Shown piece by piece: positions 29,622 to 39,710 of a stretch of DNA of 64,000 bases (position 1 is the stretch's first letter; the number at the start of each line of letters is the position of its first letter). The notes beneath the pieces were generated by a model. It was not told the origin of the DNA, ran no database searches, and saw only the letters and a list, made by a program, of their open reading frames with translations. The DNA comes from Synechococcus sp. GTDB lineage: Bacteria; Cyanobacteriota; Cyanobacteriia; Thermostichales; PCC-7336. The stretch spans positions 183,855-247,854 of the forward strand of contig JBFRWN010000017.1 in the NCBI GenBank assembly GCA_051439605.1, given 5' to 3'. The translations under genes and the position numbers were made by a program.

Positions 29622-30752
29622 TTATCCGCGGCCTGGAATTAAGCTGCGGCTGAGTTTCTTGATGGCAGACCCTGCAACATCGCTATAACGGAGCTGACCG
29701 CACAGGATCTTAACCATTTTCTGAGTGGCTCCGGGGTTGCGCACCCCCATTTTATAGGCCACACCCGGTACCCGATAGAACACGTTGGCTAGACGCTGCG
29801 CCCACACCATATCGCTGCCCCACTCCTCTTGCATCACCTGGCTGTAATTGGAGAGGGCATCGGTGCTGCCACCGAGGGCACTGTCGATCGCCTCGGCAGC
29901 TTTGATGCCACTGAAGATAGATGGGCGAATGCCTTCCGCCGTAAACGGATCGACGACACAGGCTGCTTCCCCTGCCAAGAGAGCATTTTGGGTGTGTAAC
30001 TTCTGATCGCCGTCCCACAGCCACAGGGGATGTCCGTATTTCTGGACAGTTTTGAAATCCACATCAAACTTGCCGGAGTATTCAGACGCAATGTCCTGTA
30101 ATGGCTGCCGCTGCCCACCGCGAAACGTACCAATACCGATGGAATAGCCATCTGCCTTGGGGAAATTCCAGATATAGCCATTTTTCACCATGCCAAATTC
30201 AAAGTGAGCCACCGTTGCGGGCTCGGGGTTGACCGGAGCCTCTGCCTCAATTGCTCCTCCAAAGCGGGCTTTGCGTTCTTTGAACCCCAGCCAGCGGGCC
30301 ATGGGTCCTTTAGCTCCATCGGCTGCAATCAGATACTTTGCTTCGGCGGCACCGTCTGCTGTTTTGACTTGCCAGCGATCGTTCTTAAATTCGATGCCTT
30401 TGGCTTCTGTAGAATCCCGCAGTTCGGCCCCTTGCCCTTGGGCCTGCTTAATTAGGAAGTGGTCGAAAACGTCACGACGCACCATCCAGATAGGGTCAGA
30501 TGTCTTAATGGGTGCTTCGACTCGATCGCCCATCTTCCAGGTATAGCTGATGGTATCCACCTTTAACGAAATCGCTGGGGAAAAATCAAAGTCAAACCAT
30601 TCCCCCACTACGGGAGAGACACCGCCTCCGCAAGGTTTGTAGCGGGGGAGGGCTTCTTTCTCTAGTACTAAGACAGAGCGTCCCTGCTTGGCCAGCTTGT
30701 AGGCTGCCGCCCCACCTGCCGGACCCGAACCTACAACGATGCAGTCGTACAT
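29622..30752 (-). CDS. Geranylgeranyl reductase family FAD-dependent oxidoreductase
   Basis: VVGSGPAG, RYKPCGGG, IAADGA, GYIWNFPK, AGEAACVVDPFTAEGIRP. Confidence 0.9.
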   Translation of the reverse strand: MYDCIVVGSGPAGGAAAYKLAKQGRSVLVLEKEALPRYKPCGGGVSPVVGEWFDFDFSPAISLKVDTISYTWKMGDRVEAPIKTSDPIWMVRRDVFDHFLIKQAQGQGAELRDSTEAKGIEFKNDRWQVKTADGAAEAKYLIAADGAKGPMARWLGFKERKARFGGAIEAEAPVNPEPATVAHFEFGMVKNGYIWNFPKADGYSIGIGTFRGGQRQPLQDIASEYSGKFDVDFKTVQKYGHPLWLWDGDQKLHTQNALLAGEAACVVDPFTAEGIRPSIFSGIKAAEAIDSALGGSTDALSNYSQVMQEEWGSDMVWAQRLANVFYRVPGVAYKMGVRNPGATQKMVKILCGQLRYSDVAGSAIKKLSRSLIPGRG

Positions 30753-31066
30753 GGTGTGTTCCTAACTCGATCTCCAATTAGCAGAGGCGAGGCCCCTAGC
30801 GTCTCAGAATACTATGCCCTTGTCATGGGATTGGACCTAGCAGGCTGTGATACAAAAGCTGCAGAAACATAGGGCCGATCGATTGTCTTGCGATGAAGGC
30901 CCCTTGCGATCGTAGGTAGCTTCCTTGAACTGCGAACGACATCAAGCGTCAAGCCACTGAGGACATCTCAGCTTTCCAGAACGCTGCCTAGACATAGATC
31001 TCGCAGTCCTAACCCAAATGGCACAAGGAGTACTCCATCATAAAATTCGATCCCCTCAAACAGTGA

Positions 31067-31363
31067 GTGACCAGTATGTCAGACCCCCATTTAATCCAGG
31101 CTCACTTGTTCATTGCGGGGACAGTGCAAGGGGTTAGCTACCGAGCCTACACCCATCAAATGGCCACAAAGATGGGGATATCGGGATGGGTGAAAAACTT
31201 ACCTGATGGTCGAGTGGAAGCGATGTTTGAGGGCACTCAATCTCAAGTGGAACAAGCAGTGCAATGGTGCCATGGCGGCAGCCCTGCCGCTGTTGTGAGA
31301 GAGGTAGATGTAGTTTACGAATCGCCAACTGGATGCAGTGGTTTCGAGATTCGCTATCTTTGA
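31067..31363 (+). CDS. acyP: Acylphosphatase
   Basis: G.VQGVSYR, GWVKNLPDGRVE, GSPAAVV; start may be the ATG at 31076. Confidence 0.92.
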   Translation: MTSMSDPHLIQAHLFIAGTVQGVSYRAYTHQMATKMGISGWVKNLPDGRVEAMFEGTQSQVEQAVQWCHGGSPAAVVREVDVVYESPTGCSGFEIRYL

Positions 31364-31479
31364 TTTCAGATCCCCCCTGCCCTTCTGATTTTTGCTATGA
31401 ATTAGCCGAGGTGAACGATATCGCGGGACAAGTTGTTCCGTAAATTCTGCTGGTTTGTTTTGATTGACCTGCTTTGTCG

Positions 31480-31836
31480 CTAGTCCTCGTTGCAATCATC
31501 CAAACGATCGAAGCGATTGTGAAAAAATATCTCATAGATCAGATAGCTCACGAGCAGTACCATCACGATGCTGGCGAGCCAGAAGGCCACCCGTATAGCA
31601 ACAATGACTGCAACCACTACGGCAAAAAACTGGATTCCTGCCACGATGTTGCGACGCCATCGTCTCATGAGGCTGAGTTTCTTGGACGGTTGCTTGAGGG
31701 CATGGTCATCCGAGCGATCGCGACTCATACCGTTGATTTCTTGCTCCATTTCCTTGAGCCGCAAGGAAAGTTCTTGTTCCCGTCGCAGGGTTTCCCGCTC
31801 TTGAAATTCCTGTTCCTGGGGATCTAAAGATGACAT
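31480..31836 (-). CDS. Hypothetical membrane protein with an N-terminal coiled coil
   Basis: RE..LR.RE.ELSLRLKEME.EIN, then a TM hairpin. Confidence 0.75.
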   Translation of the reverse strand: MSSLDPQEQEFQERETLRREQELSLRLKEMEQEINGMSRDRSDDHALKQPSKKLSLMRRWRRNIVAGIQFFAVVVAVIVAIRVAFWLASIVMVLLVSYLIYEIFFHNRFDRLDDCNED

Positions 31837-31837
31837 A

Positions 31838-32152
31838 TCAGGGTCTGGCGATCGCTTGCCGTATCGATGATGCTTTAACTTCTTGTAGGTTACCTCCGAT
31901 CGAACTGAGCCATACCTGTATTGTATGGAGGGAAAAGATACCCAGCAGAACCTCGAACGGCAAGCACCATAAATGAGTCAGACGCCCGATCCGTTGAAAT
32001 CCCGGTCGCTTACCCAACAACCCAATGCCTATCCAGCACAGCCAAAGTCCAGGTAGTGCAAATAAAGGAACCAACAGGGATATCAGCACCGCTAGGAATA
32101 GCGCTAGGAACACCCCCACAAGGATATGTGTGACTGCCAGTAACTGAATCAC
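31838..32152 (-). CDS. Possible hydrophobic hypothetical protein
   Basis: Hydrophobic ORF whose stop abuts the next start. Confidence 0.35.
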   Translation of the reverse strand: MIQLLAVTHILVGVFLALFLAVLISLLVPLFALPGLWLCWIGIGLLGKRPGFQRIGRLTHLWCLPFEVLLGIFSLHTIQVWLSSIGGNLQEVKASSIRQAIARP

Positions 32153-32792
32153 AATGGGGTTGCTGCTTTAACTCAATTGCTCCCATTGCCCAACAACTGA
32201 AGTTTTGACTATTTCAAAAAATACGCTACTAGTAGCGTCCCAATGTTAAAGTCAGCCACTGCATATAGCGTCAAGTTTTATTTTGTTAAATCTCCAGATT
32301 CTGGCCACAATGAAATAACTCAGTATCATAGTTCCCATAACTGTCGTTCAGTGGCGATCGAGGCAAGCAATCCTCACTAGCTTCGATAACATTGTCCCGT
32401 TCGCGAAGGTCATTATTGGCCTTGGAAGGCAGCACTTCGCTCCTATTCACTTTCACCCTCATTTCACCGGCAAATCCTATTTGATGTTCGCTGGTTTCCC
32501 TCAATCGTTGACCTGTGACTCAAACAAGGAATGGTGCTGTATTGAATGTTAAGCACCCCTGACGGAGGTTTAAGGCAGTACTCGTGAAAACACGTAGTGA
32601 TAGTTTTATGCTGCGCAGTGACACTGTTGAACAGGAACGCATTTTTTGTTAGTACTGACCATTTCTACACTGCCGCGGATAAAGGCATGCATCTTATGCT
32701 GCCTCTCATGAACATTGCCTTATCCTAAGCTCCCTCATAGCTAGGAGAAGGCAACACTTGTTGTTTATTTCTGCGTTGAGAGATTGATTGGT

Positions 32793-32954
32793 ATGGAATT
32801 CGATCAGATTAAGGCGGTCGTTCAATATGCCTTGGTTTCCGAGGATCTCGCCCCTGCAGAGCAGGCCGCTGTTAGAGCTGCTATCCAGTCTGATGCTAAT
32901 AAAGAGCGCGCAGATTTCTTAGTTGAAATGCTCTCTCTGAAAGCGAATCACTAG
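32793..32954 (+). CDS. Unannotated 53-aa small protein
   Basis: MEFDQIKAVVQYALVSEDLAPAEQAAVRAAIQSDANKERADFLVEMLSLKANH*; amphipathic helical pattern. Confidence 0.5.
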   Translation: MEFDQIKAVVQYALVSEDLAPAEQAAVRAAIQSDANKERADFLVEMLSLKANH

Positions 32955-33082
32955 TACTTAACTGATGGGACTATGTGGGTATACCAACATGTCTGTCCTA
33001 ACTAAGATGGCAGCAGCTTTACGCTGACCATTCAGCTTGAGTTAATTCTGTAATCTACTAATCCTGTTGGGTATCATTTAGC

Positions 33083-33110
33083 GCCCGCTGTATCGAGCAG
33101 CGGGCATTTT
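33083..33110. terminator. Terminator hairpin between convergent genes
   Basis: GCCCGCTG-tatcgag-CAGCGGGC followed by ATTTT. Confidence 0.65.
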
Positions 33111-33126
33111 GATTGTTGGCTGAACG

Positions 33127-33780
33127 CTACGCCAGGAGGAGCTCAGATAGGAAAGTCACTCCAATACCTGAAATAAGCCCCCCCAATGCCACCGCAGCAG
33201 GAAAGGTTTGTGCTCGCTGTAGCAGCCAGCCGCTAGCGTAGGCGAGCGCCCCTTGGATCGCCGTAAATCCCATCAGGTATGCCAAAATCGGAGTCGGTTC
33301 TGCCCCCACGACCGCTTCACCGTAGGCATAGCCGTGGAAAATCCCCGCACAAGCAGCGATCGCCGCTAAAGTTACCCACTGATAGGAACGTTGCGTCAGC
33401 AGCAGAATGCCCAACAGCAATACAGATGCCGAAATGGCCAACTCAGCCGAGGGGAGACTCCACTCTTGTAGGTGAATCAGCGTTCCTCCCACTGCAGCGG
33501 CCAAAAAAGCGGCTGAAACTCCCCAACCTTTGCTTGAGTCGACGGCAATTCGTCCAAACGCGATCGCCCCTATGGCGATCGTGAAGGCTAAATGATCTAA
33601 GCCAATCACTGGATGACCCAACCCAGACAACAACCCCTCTACAAATGTGGTGGGCATGGTTCCACCAAACGGGTGATGGGCGGCAGCTGGTTGAACGGCA
33701 AGGGTACTAGCCACAATGACAGCTAACAGGCTAGAACCAACGGCTGCCGCCGTTTGCTGCAAAAAATTATTGGACCTCAT
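33127..33780 (-). CDS. hupE: HupE/UreJ-family Co/Ni transporter
   Basis: Signal peptide then AHHP, GLLSGLGHPVIGLDHL, FHGYAYGE. Confidence 0.9.
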   Translation of the reverse strand: MRSNNFLQQTAAAVGSSLLAVIVASTLAVQPAAAHHPFGGTMPTTFVEGLLSGLGHPVIGLDHLAFTIAIGAIAFGRIAVDSSKGWGVSAAFLAAAVGGTLIHLQEWSLPSAELAISASVLLLGILLLTQRSYQWVTLAAIAACAGIFHGYAYGEAVVGAEPTPILAYLMGFTAIQGALAYASGWLLQRAQTFPAAVALGGLISGIGVTFLSELLLA

Positions 33781-33784
33781 CTGT

Positions 33785-33960
33785 ACCTCGCAGATTTCCG
33801 AGTTGATACGCTGCGGTGGGCATTCTGACTTGGAGTGGGCTATCCCACTCTTTACAGCTGCGGGACAGTGGCAGATTTACACTGCGCTTTCCCCAGCTAT
33901 CCATCGGATTATCTTCTAGACGCGAGATAAGTTCGGACTGGATAACTTCCAGAGGCTGGT
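33785..33960 (-). promoter_or_regulatory. Cobalamin riboswitch
   Basis: Minus strand: GGGGAAAG-CGCAGTGTAAATCTGC-CACTGTCCCGCAGCTGTAA...AAGTCAGAATGCCC; a CGCAG/CTGCG stem abuts the GAGG RBS of hupE. Confidence 0.9.
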
Positions 33961-34045
33961 TCCCACTGGTGCCGTAGCTTAGCAATCGTATCACCGAAGT
34001 TTGCTGCCTCGGTATAAGGTAGGCGATGAAGCAATACTGCATTTC

Positions 34046-35971
34046 ATGGCACGTCAGCATACCGTCCCCTACGGCTCTTGGAAATCCCCCATCACTTCGG
34101 ATGCGATTGTGGCAGGGAGTATTCGATTAGGAGAACTGCGATTGGGTGGCTCCGATATTTATTGGAGCGAGGGACGGCCTACAGAGGGGGGCCGAAATGC
34201 AGTGGTGCGCTGGCACGATGGCCAGGTGGTGGATGTCTTGCCCGAGCCCTTTAATGCCCGTACCCGCGTACACGAATACGGTGGGGGAGCTTTTATTGTT
34301 TGTGGTGAAACCTTATATTTCTCGAATTTTTCTGACCAGCGGCTGTATCGATCTCAGGCAGGTCAACCGCCCGAGCCCGTTACACCAGAAGCCCCGCTGC
34401 GATATGCCGATGCCCTGCTCGATGCCTCTAGAAATCGCCTAATTTGCGTGTTGGAAGACCATAGCCAGCCGGATCGGGAACCCAATAATGCCATTGCTGC
34501 CATTGACCTCGAACGGGGTGGCGTCACAATTTTGGCCTCCGGTAATGATTTTTATTCCTCTCCTCGCCTCAGTCCGGATGAATCTCAGCTGGCTTGGCTG
34601 ACCTGGAATCACCCCAATATGCCGTGGGATGGCACGGAGCTGTGGGTAGCTGACCTTGCCGATACCGGGGAAATGAGTCAGCCCTGCAAGGTTGCCGGTG
34701 GACTAGAGGAATCCATCGGCCAGCCCTTGTGGTCGCCGGACGGCATTTTGACATTTGTTAGCGATCGCAGCGGCTGGTGGAATTTGTATCGCTGGATCGA
34801 CGATTCTGTCCAGGCAATCGTCCAGTTAGAGGCGGAATTTGGGGTACCCCACTGGGTGTTCCGCATGTCCACCTACGGTTACGAATCTGCCACATCCATT
34901 ATTTGCGCCTACAGCCAAAATGGCGTTCAGCACCTAGCCCGCTTACATTCCGGAACTGGTGAGTTAAGTCCCATCAACATTCCCTTTACCCGAGTTGGGG
35001 GCTTGCAGGTGGATGCTAAACAGGCGATTTTCGCGGCGGGTTCCCCCACATCTGCGTCGGCGATCGCCCGCCTAGACTTAGCAACATTGGAGGTGAAAAT
35101 TCTGCGGCGGGTAAGCTCCTTAGAGGTCGATCCCGGCTATATTTCGGTGCCGGAGGCGATCGCCTTTCCCTCTACGAACGGACGAACGGCTTACGCGTTT
35201 TACTATCCCCCCACCAATCAAGATGTCGCAGCTCCTGCGAACGAAAAACCGCCTTTATTGGTGAAAAGCCACGGCGGTCCCACGGCGGCTACATCCGCCA
35301 CTCTTGACTGGAGGATTCAATATTGGACCAGCCGCGGAGTGGCGGTGCTGGATGTGAACTATGGCGGCAGTACCGGATACGGACGTGCCTATCGCGAGGT
35401 ACTGAAGGGGAACTGGGGCATTGTGGATGTGGATGATTGCTGTAATGGGGCGCAATATTTAGTCGATCGAGGATGGGTGGATGGCGATCGACTGGCAATT
35501 GATGGAGGCAGTGCCGGTGGGTTCACCACCCTGGCAGCCCTAACGTTTCGGGATACGTTTAAGGCAGGGGCAAGCCTTTACGGAGTCAGCGATTTGGAGA
35601 TTCTGGCCCGCGACACCCACAAGTTTGAGGCCCGCTATCTGGACAGCTTGGTGGGACCTTACCCTGAGGCTAAGGCCATGTATAAGGAACGGGCACCGAT
35701 TAATCACGTCGATCGCCTCTCTTGCCCGGTCATCTTTTTACAGGGGGATGAGGACAAGATTGTCCCCCCCAATCAGGCGGAGTTGATGGTGAATGCGCTG
35801 AAGGAGAAGGGGTTGCCGGTGGCCTACGTGCTGTTTGAGGGGGAGCAGCATGGGTTCCGCAAGGCGGAGAATATCAAGCGAGCACTGGATGCAGAGCTGT
35901 ATTTTTATTCACGGGTCTTTGGGTTCGAGCTGGCGGACAAAATTGAACCTGTAGAAATTTTTAACCTCTAA
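34046..35971 (+). CDS. S9-family peptidase (prolyl oligopeptidase / acylaminoacyl-peptidase-like)
   Basis: [21 protein letters not shown] nucleophile, D.IVPP.Q, GEQHGFR. Confidence 0.93.
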   Translation: MARQHTVPYGSWKSPITSDAIVAGSIRLGELRLGGSDIYWSEGRPTEGGRNAVVRWHDGQVVDVLPEPFNARTRVHEYGGGAFIVCGETLYFSNFSDQRLYRSQAGQPPEPVTPEAPLRYADALLDASRNRLICVLEDHSQPDREPNNAIAAIDLERGGVTILASGNDFYSSPRLSPDESQLAWLTWNHPNMPWDGTELWVADLADTGEMSQPCKVAGGLEESIGQPLWSPDGILTFVSDRSGWWNLYRWIDDSVQAIVQLEAEFGVPHWVFRMSTYGYESATSIICAYSQNGVQHLARLHSGTGELSPINIPFTRVGGLQVDAKQAIFAAGSPTSASAIARLDLATLEVKILRRVSSLEVDPGYISVPEAIAFPSTNGRTAYAFYYPPTNQDVAAPANEKPPLLVKSHGGPTAATSATLDWRIQYWTSRGVAVLDVNYGGSTGYGRAYREVLKGNWGIVDVDDCCNGAQYLVDRGWVDGDRLAIDGGSAGGFTTLAALTFRDTFKAGASLYGVSDLEILARDTHKFEARYLDSLVGPYPEAKAMYKERAPINHVDRLSCPVIFLQGDEDKIVPPNQAELMVNALKEKGLPVAYVLFEGEQHGFRKAENIKRALDAELYFYSRVFGFELADKIEPVEIFNL

Positions 35972-36030
35972 GGACGATCGACCTTAAATAAAAGATGAGA
36001 AACTGCGATCCCTACAGGCAAACGTTGTCT

Positions 36031-37164
36031 TCAAGTTCCACGGCCAAAGGAAAACTCCGTAAAGCTCAACTCGTTGACTCGGTTCCAAGCATACACTTGC
36101 TCTCGAAACGCTTGCCACCCTTCGTAAACCTCCCGAAACTCAGCATTTCCTCTTGCGCGATCGGCTAACAGATCGGCAGTTGCCTCCCGAGCTGCCACCA
36201 AAATTTCCCGGCTGTACGATCGCAACTCAGTTCCCGCATCCAGCAACCGTTGTAACGCTGCCCCATTCAATGCCTCGTAACTGGCCAACATATTGGTATT
36301 GGCTTCCGTGGCTGCCGCGGCAATGACCGCTTGATACTCCTGCGGCAGCTTGCGCCAAGCATTCAAATTCACTTCGATTTCTAATGTGGCCCCCGGCTCC
36401 CACCACCCGGGATAGTAATAGTAGGGGGCAATCCTATTCAGCCCCAATTTCTCGTCATCGTGTGGGCCGACAAACTCGGCTGCGTCAATGGTGCCGCGCT
36501 CCAGCGCAATGTAAATCTCCCCCCCCGGCAACACCTGAACGGACACTCCCAGTTGATTCATGACTTCGCCGCCAATACCGGGAATGCGCATTTTGAGCCC
36601 CTGTAAATCCCGCAGGGTATTCACCTCTCGTTTAAACCACCCCCCCATTTGGGCGCCAGTATTTCCAGCGGGAAAAGCTATGACGTTAAAGTCTGCATAC
36701 AGCTTGTTCATCGCCTCCAATCCCCCACCGCGATACAGCCAGGCATTTTGCTGCTGTGCCGTCAGCCCAAAAGGAATGGCCGTCCCAAACGCCAGAGCCG
36801 GATTTTTGCCGATGTAATAGTAGCTGGCTGATTGACCGCATTCCACCCCACCAGACTCCACCGTGTCCAGCACTTGCAGCCCGGGTACCAGTGCTCCATC
36901 AGGGTAGGGGGTGATGGTAAATCGACCGCCGGTCATAGCAGCGACCCGATCGCAAAACGCGATCGCACCTCCGTAAATCGTGTCCAAAGATTGAGGATAG
37001 CTGGATGCCAAGCGCCACTTCACCTCCGGCAAGCTACTATCCGTAACTGCTTCAGGGGAGGATGGAATGGTAGGTGAATGACCTGAGTTAGGGGCGCAAG
37101 CAGTCAAAGCCACGGTGCTGGCTAACCCGAATGCAGTGCTTCCAATCAGGTGACGGCGTTTCAT
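36031..37164 (-). CDS. TRAP transporter substrate-binding protein (DctP/TakP-like), Tat lipoprotein
   Basis: MKRRHLI...[41 protein letters not shown]. Confidence 0.9.
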   Translation of the reverse strand: MKRRHLIGSTAFGLASTVALTACAPNSGHSPTIPSSPEAVTDSSLPEVKWRLASSYPQSLDTIYGGAIAFCDRVAAMTGGRFTITPYPDGALVPGLQVLDTVESGGVECGQSASYYYIGKNPALAFGTAIPFGLTAQQQNAWLYRGGGLEAMNKLYADFNVIAFPAGNTGAQMGGWFKREVNTLRDLQGLKMRIPGIGGEVMNQLGVSVQVLPGGEIYIALERGTIDAAEFVGPHDDEKLGLNRIAPYYYYPGWWEPGATLEIEVNLNAWRKLPQEYQAVIAAAATEANTNMLASYEALNGAALQRLLDAGTELRSYSREILVAAREATADLLADRARGNAEFREVYEGWQAFREQVYAWNRVNELSFTEFSFGRGT

Positions 37165-37294
37165 TGAAGATAGCCCGAGACTTCTGAAGCCCAACTGTAT
37201 CACCGCAGAAGGTACTGAATCAGCAATCATGGCAGATCTATAGCTGTTGCAATCTCAGCCTTTACTCTTGAGCACAACTCATCTCATCACAATC

Positions 37295-38182
37295 ATGAGT
37301 CAACAGGAACTTAATAGCATCATTGCCATGCTCCAAGACTTTCAATGGAGCGATTCACCATCCCAGATGCGTTCTGACTTTAACGAAGGGTTTTCTTTGC
37401 CCCCACATCCCACCGCCAGGGTCAATCCCATCAAGGCTGATGGCGTGCCTGCCGAGTTGATTTCCTGTCCGGAGGGCAATCCCCAGCTCGTCATCCTATA
37501 CTTGCACGGTGGTGGCTTCGTCGTCGGATCGCTAACAACCCATCGACGCATTGCTTGCGATTTGGCTGAAGCCTCTGGAGCAAGCGTTTTGACGATTTCC
37601 TATCGTCTCGCACCCGAACATCCCTATCCCGCAGCATTAGAGGACACTCTGACTACCTACCGCTGGTTAGTCAACACCCGGGGGTTCCATCCCGAGCGGG
37701 TGGCGATCGCCGGAGATTCAGCTGGCGGCAATCTTGCACTGGCTGCATTGCTCTCTCTCAGGGACGCAGGCGAAACCTTACCATCCTCTGCTCTGCTAAT
37801 TTCCCCCTATTGTGACCTGACCCGAATCAGTCAAACAATCGCCACCCATGCAGACATCGATCCCATGGTGTCCCCCCAACTTCTGGATACAGTCACACCT
37901 TGGTACGCACCCGACGGCGATCTAAGACATCCCCTCTTATCCCCCCTTTTTGCTGATTTATCTGGTCTCCCTCCTCTCTTAATTCACGTTGGAGCCTCGG
38001 AGGTTTTGTTGGATGACGCCCTAAAACTAGCTCGCAAAGCTGGATTGGCAAATGTCGCCGTAGAACTGAAGGTCTGGCAAAACATGATTCACTGCTTTCA
38101 TTTATTCGCCCCCATGCTTGAAGAGGGGCGCGGGGCGCTTGAGGAAGCAGGCAGTTTTCTAAGGCAGCACTTTAATCGGTGA
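37295..38182 (+). CDS. HSL-family alpha/beta hydrolase (esterase)
   Basis: HGGGF, YRLAPEHPYPAA, GDSAGG, E.LLDD, H.F. Confidence 0.92.
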   Translation: MSQQELNSIIAMLQDFQWSDSPSQMRSDFNEGFSLPPHPTARVNPIKADGVPAELISCPEGNPQLVILYLHGGGFVVGSLTTHRRIACDLAEASGASVLTISYRLAPEHPYPAALEDTLTTYRWLVNTRGFHPERVAIAGDSAGGNLALAALLSLRDAGETLPSSALLISPYCDLTRISQTIATHADIDPMVSPQLLDTVTPWYAPDGDLRHPLLSPLFADLSGLPPLLIHVGASEVLLDDALKLARKAGLANVAVELKVWQNMIHCFHLFAPMLEEGRGALEEAGSFLRQHFNR

Positions 38183-38224
38183 AAACCTAGGGTGGATAGT
38201 GTCTGTTCTAGTGGAGAACCCTCG

Positions 38225-39709
38225 TTATTTGGGCTCTTCTTTCAATTCAGATCGATCCAGAATGACCATTTCTTCGTTGATTTGCTGCACCAGCTCTAGG
38301 GTGGGGGCATTCGCCATCGCTTGACCCAAATACTCCTGTGCTTGCTGGCGATCGCCTTGCTGAATATAAACGATGCCTAGGTTGCGCTGAGCCTGCCAGT
38401 AATCCGGTTGTAGCTCGATAGCGGCTTCAAAACTTTGCTTCGCAGCCTCCAGCTCGTTCAAGGACAGCAGCGCCGCACCGCGATTGTTGTGGGCTACAGG
38501 CAAGGTGGCATCGGCGGAGATGGCCGCATCGCTGGCAGATAGAGCTAACGCGTAATTCTCTTGGCTGAGATAAGTATCGGCCAAGTTCGCAGCCGCAATG
38601 GCAACCCCACGATCGGTTTGGCTCAGGGCATCTGATGGGTCCCCATCAGGTTGGTTCCCTGTTTGGGATAGAGTCAGTTCGTGCTGGGGGGACTGTTCCT
38701 CCGGCTCCCAGACAGTATCGGGCTGTGCAGTAGGTTGAGGCTCGGCAGAGGCGGGGGCAGCCTGCTCAGCTGGCCAAGGGCTAGGCAGTTTGCCATCCAT
38801 AGCGGATTGAAACGTTGCCGCTGCCGAGTCTAAATCTCCCCGCTGCGCGTCAATGGCCCCCGCGTCGCTGATCCAACTGGTGGGAATTGCTTCTCCTTGA
38901 CTCTGCCGCAGTTGAAATGCCCTGAACAGTGAAGCTTCCGCTAAATCCAGCATGTCTTCCTGTTGGGCTAGTCTTGCCAAGACAACAAAATCGCGGGGTT
39001 GCGACCAACCTGTCGGTAAATCCTTGAGGAACTCGATGGCACTGCGATTTGCCCCTAAATTGGCCAGGGCTAAACCGGTTTCCGAGGTGTAAAGCCCGAA
39101 TCCAGGGTCCAACTGAGCCGCCCGTTTAAAAGCCCGAATTGCTTCGCGTCCTTCCCCTGATTGCCAAAAGGCGATCGCCGATCGATAGGCTACGGTGGCG
39201 GAGGGATTGGTTTTTAAATAGCGATCGTAAGCCTGGGCGGCGTCTTCCCAATTTTGGGATTTTTCTGAGGCGATGCCATAGTAAAGAAACAGCGATGGAC
39301 TGGCTACCCCCAGTGACCGCGCCTGATTCAAAAGAATCAAGGTTTCCAGCCATTCCCCCTCTAACAGCAGCAGCACCGCCAGGTTGCCATAAGCTTCGCT
39401 AAAATCTGGATCGAGTTCGATAGCTTTGCGATAGGAGGATATTGCCCCCAAGCGATCGCCAGCCTGTCGCTGGGCTACACCGAGGTTATTGTACAAACCC
39501 GCCTGTTGCGGAGATAGCTGGATGGCCTTTTGGTAGAGTCTGACTGCTTCAGACCAGTTCTCCGATGCTACCGCTCTCAACGCATCCTGTTGCACGTTTG
39601 TGAGAGGTTGTCCCCAAACGGGTGAGGAGAAGACAAGGGTTCCGCCCGCAACGATGCAGAGGATAAGCTTGCCCAGAATTGAGTAGTTGTGGCGATTCTG
39701 ATGCCTCAT
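38225..39709 (-). CDS. Exported tetratricopeptide-repeat protein
   Basis: Signal peptide, multiple TPRs (LYNNLG.A, AYGNLA, AHNNRG, AQRNLG); ATG 1 nt after the upstream stop. Confidence 0.88.
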   Translation of the reverse strand: MRHQNRHNYSILGKLILCIVAGGTLVFSSPVWGQPLTNVQQDALRAVASENWSEAVRLYQKAIQLSPQQAGLYNNLGVAQRQAGDRLGAISSYRKAIELDPDFSEAYGNLAVLLLLEGEWLETLILLNQARSLGVASPSLFLYYGIASEKSQNWEDAAQAYDRYLKTNPSATVAYRSAIAFWQSGEGREAIRAFKRAAQLDPGFGLYTSETGLALANLGANRSAIEFLKDLPTGWSQPRDFVVLARLAQQEDMLDLAEASLFRAFQLRQSQGEAIPTSWISDAGAIDAQRGDLDSAAATFQSAMDGKLPSPWPAEQAAPASAEPQPTAQPDTVWEPEEQSPQHELTLSQTGNQPDGDPSDALSQTDRGVAIAAANLADTYLSQENYALALSASDAAISADATLPVAHNNRGAALLSLNELEAAKQSFEAAIELQPDYWQAQRNLGIVYIQQGDRQQAQEYLGQAMANAPTLELVQQINEEMVILDRSELKEEPK

Positions 39710-39710
39710 T

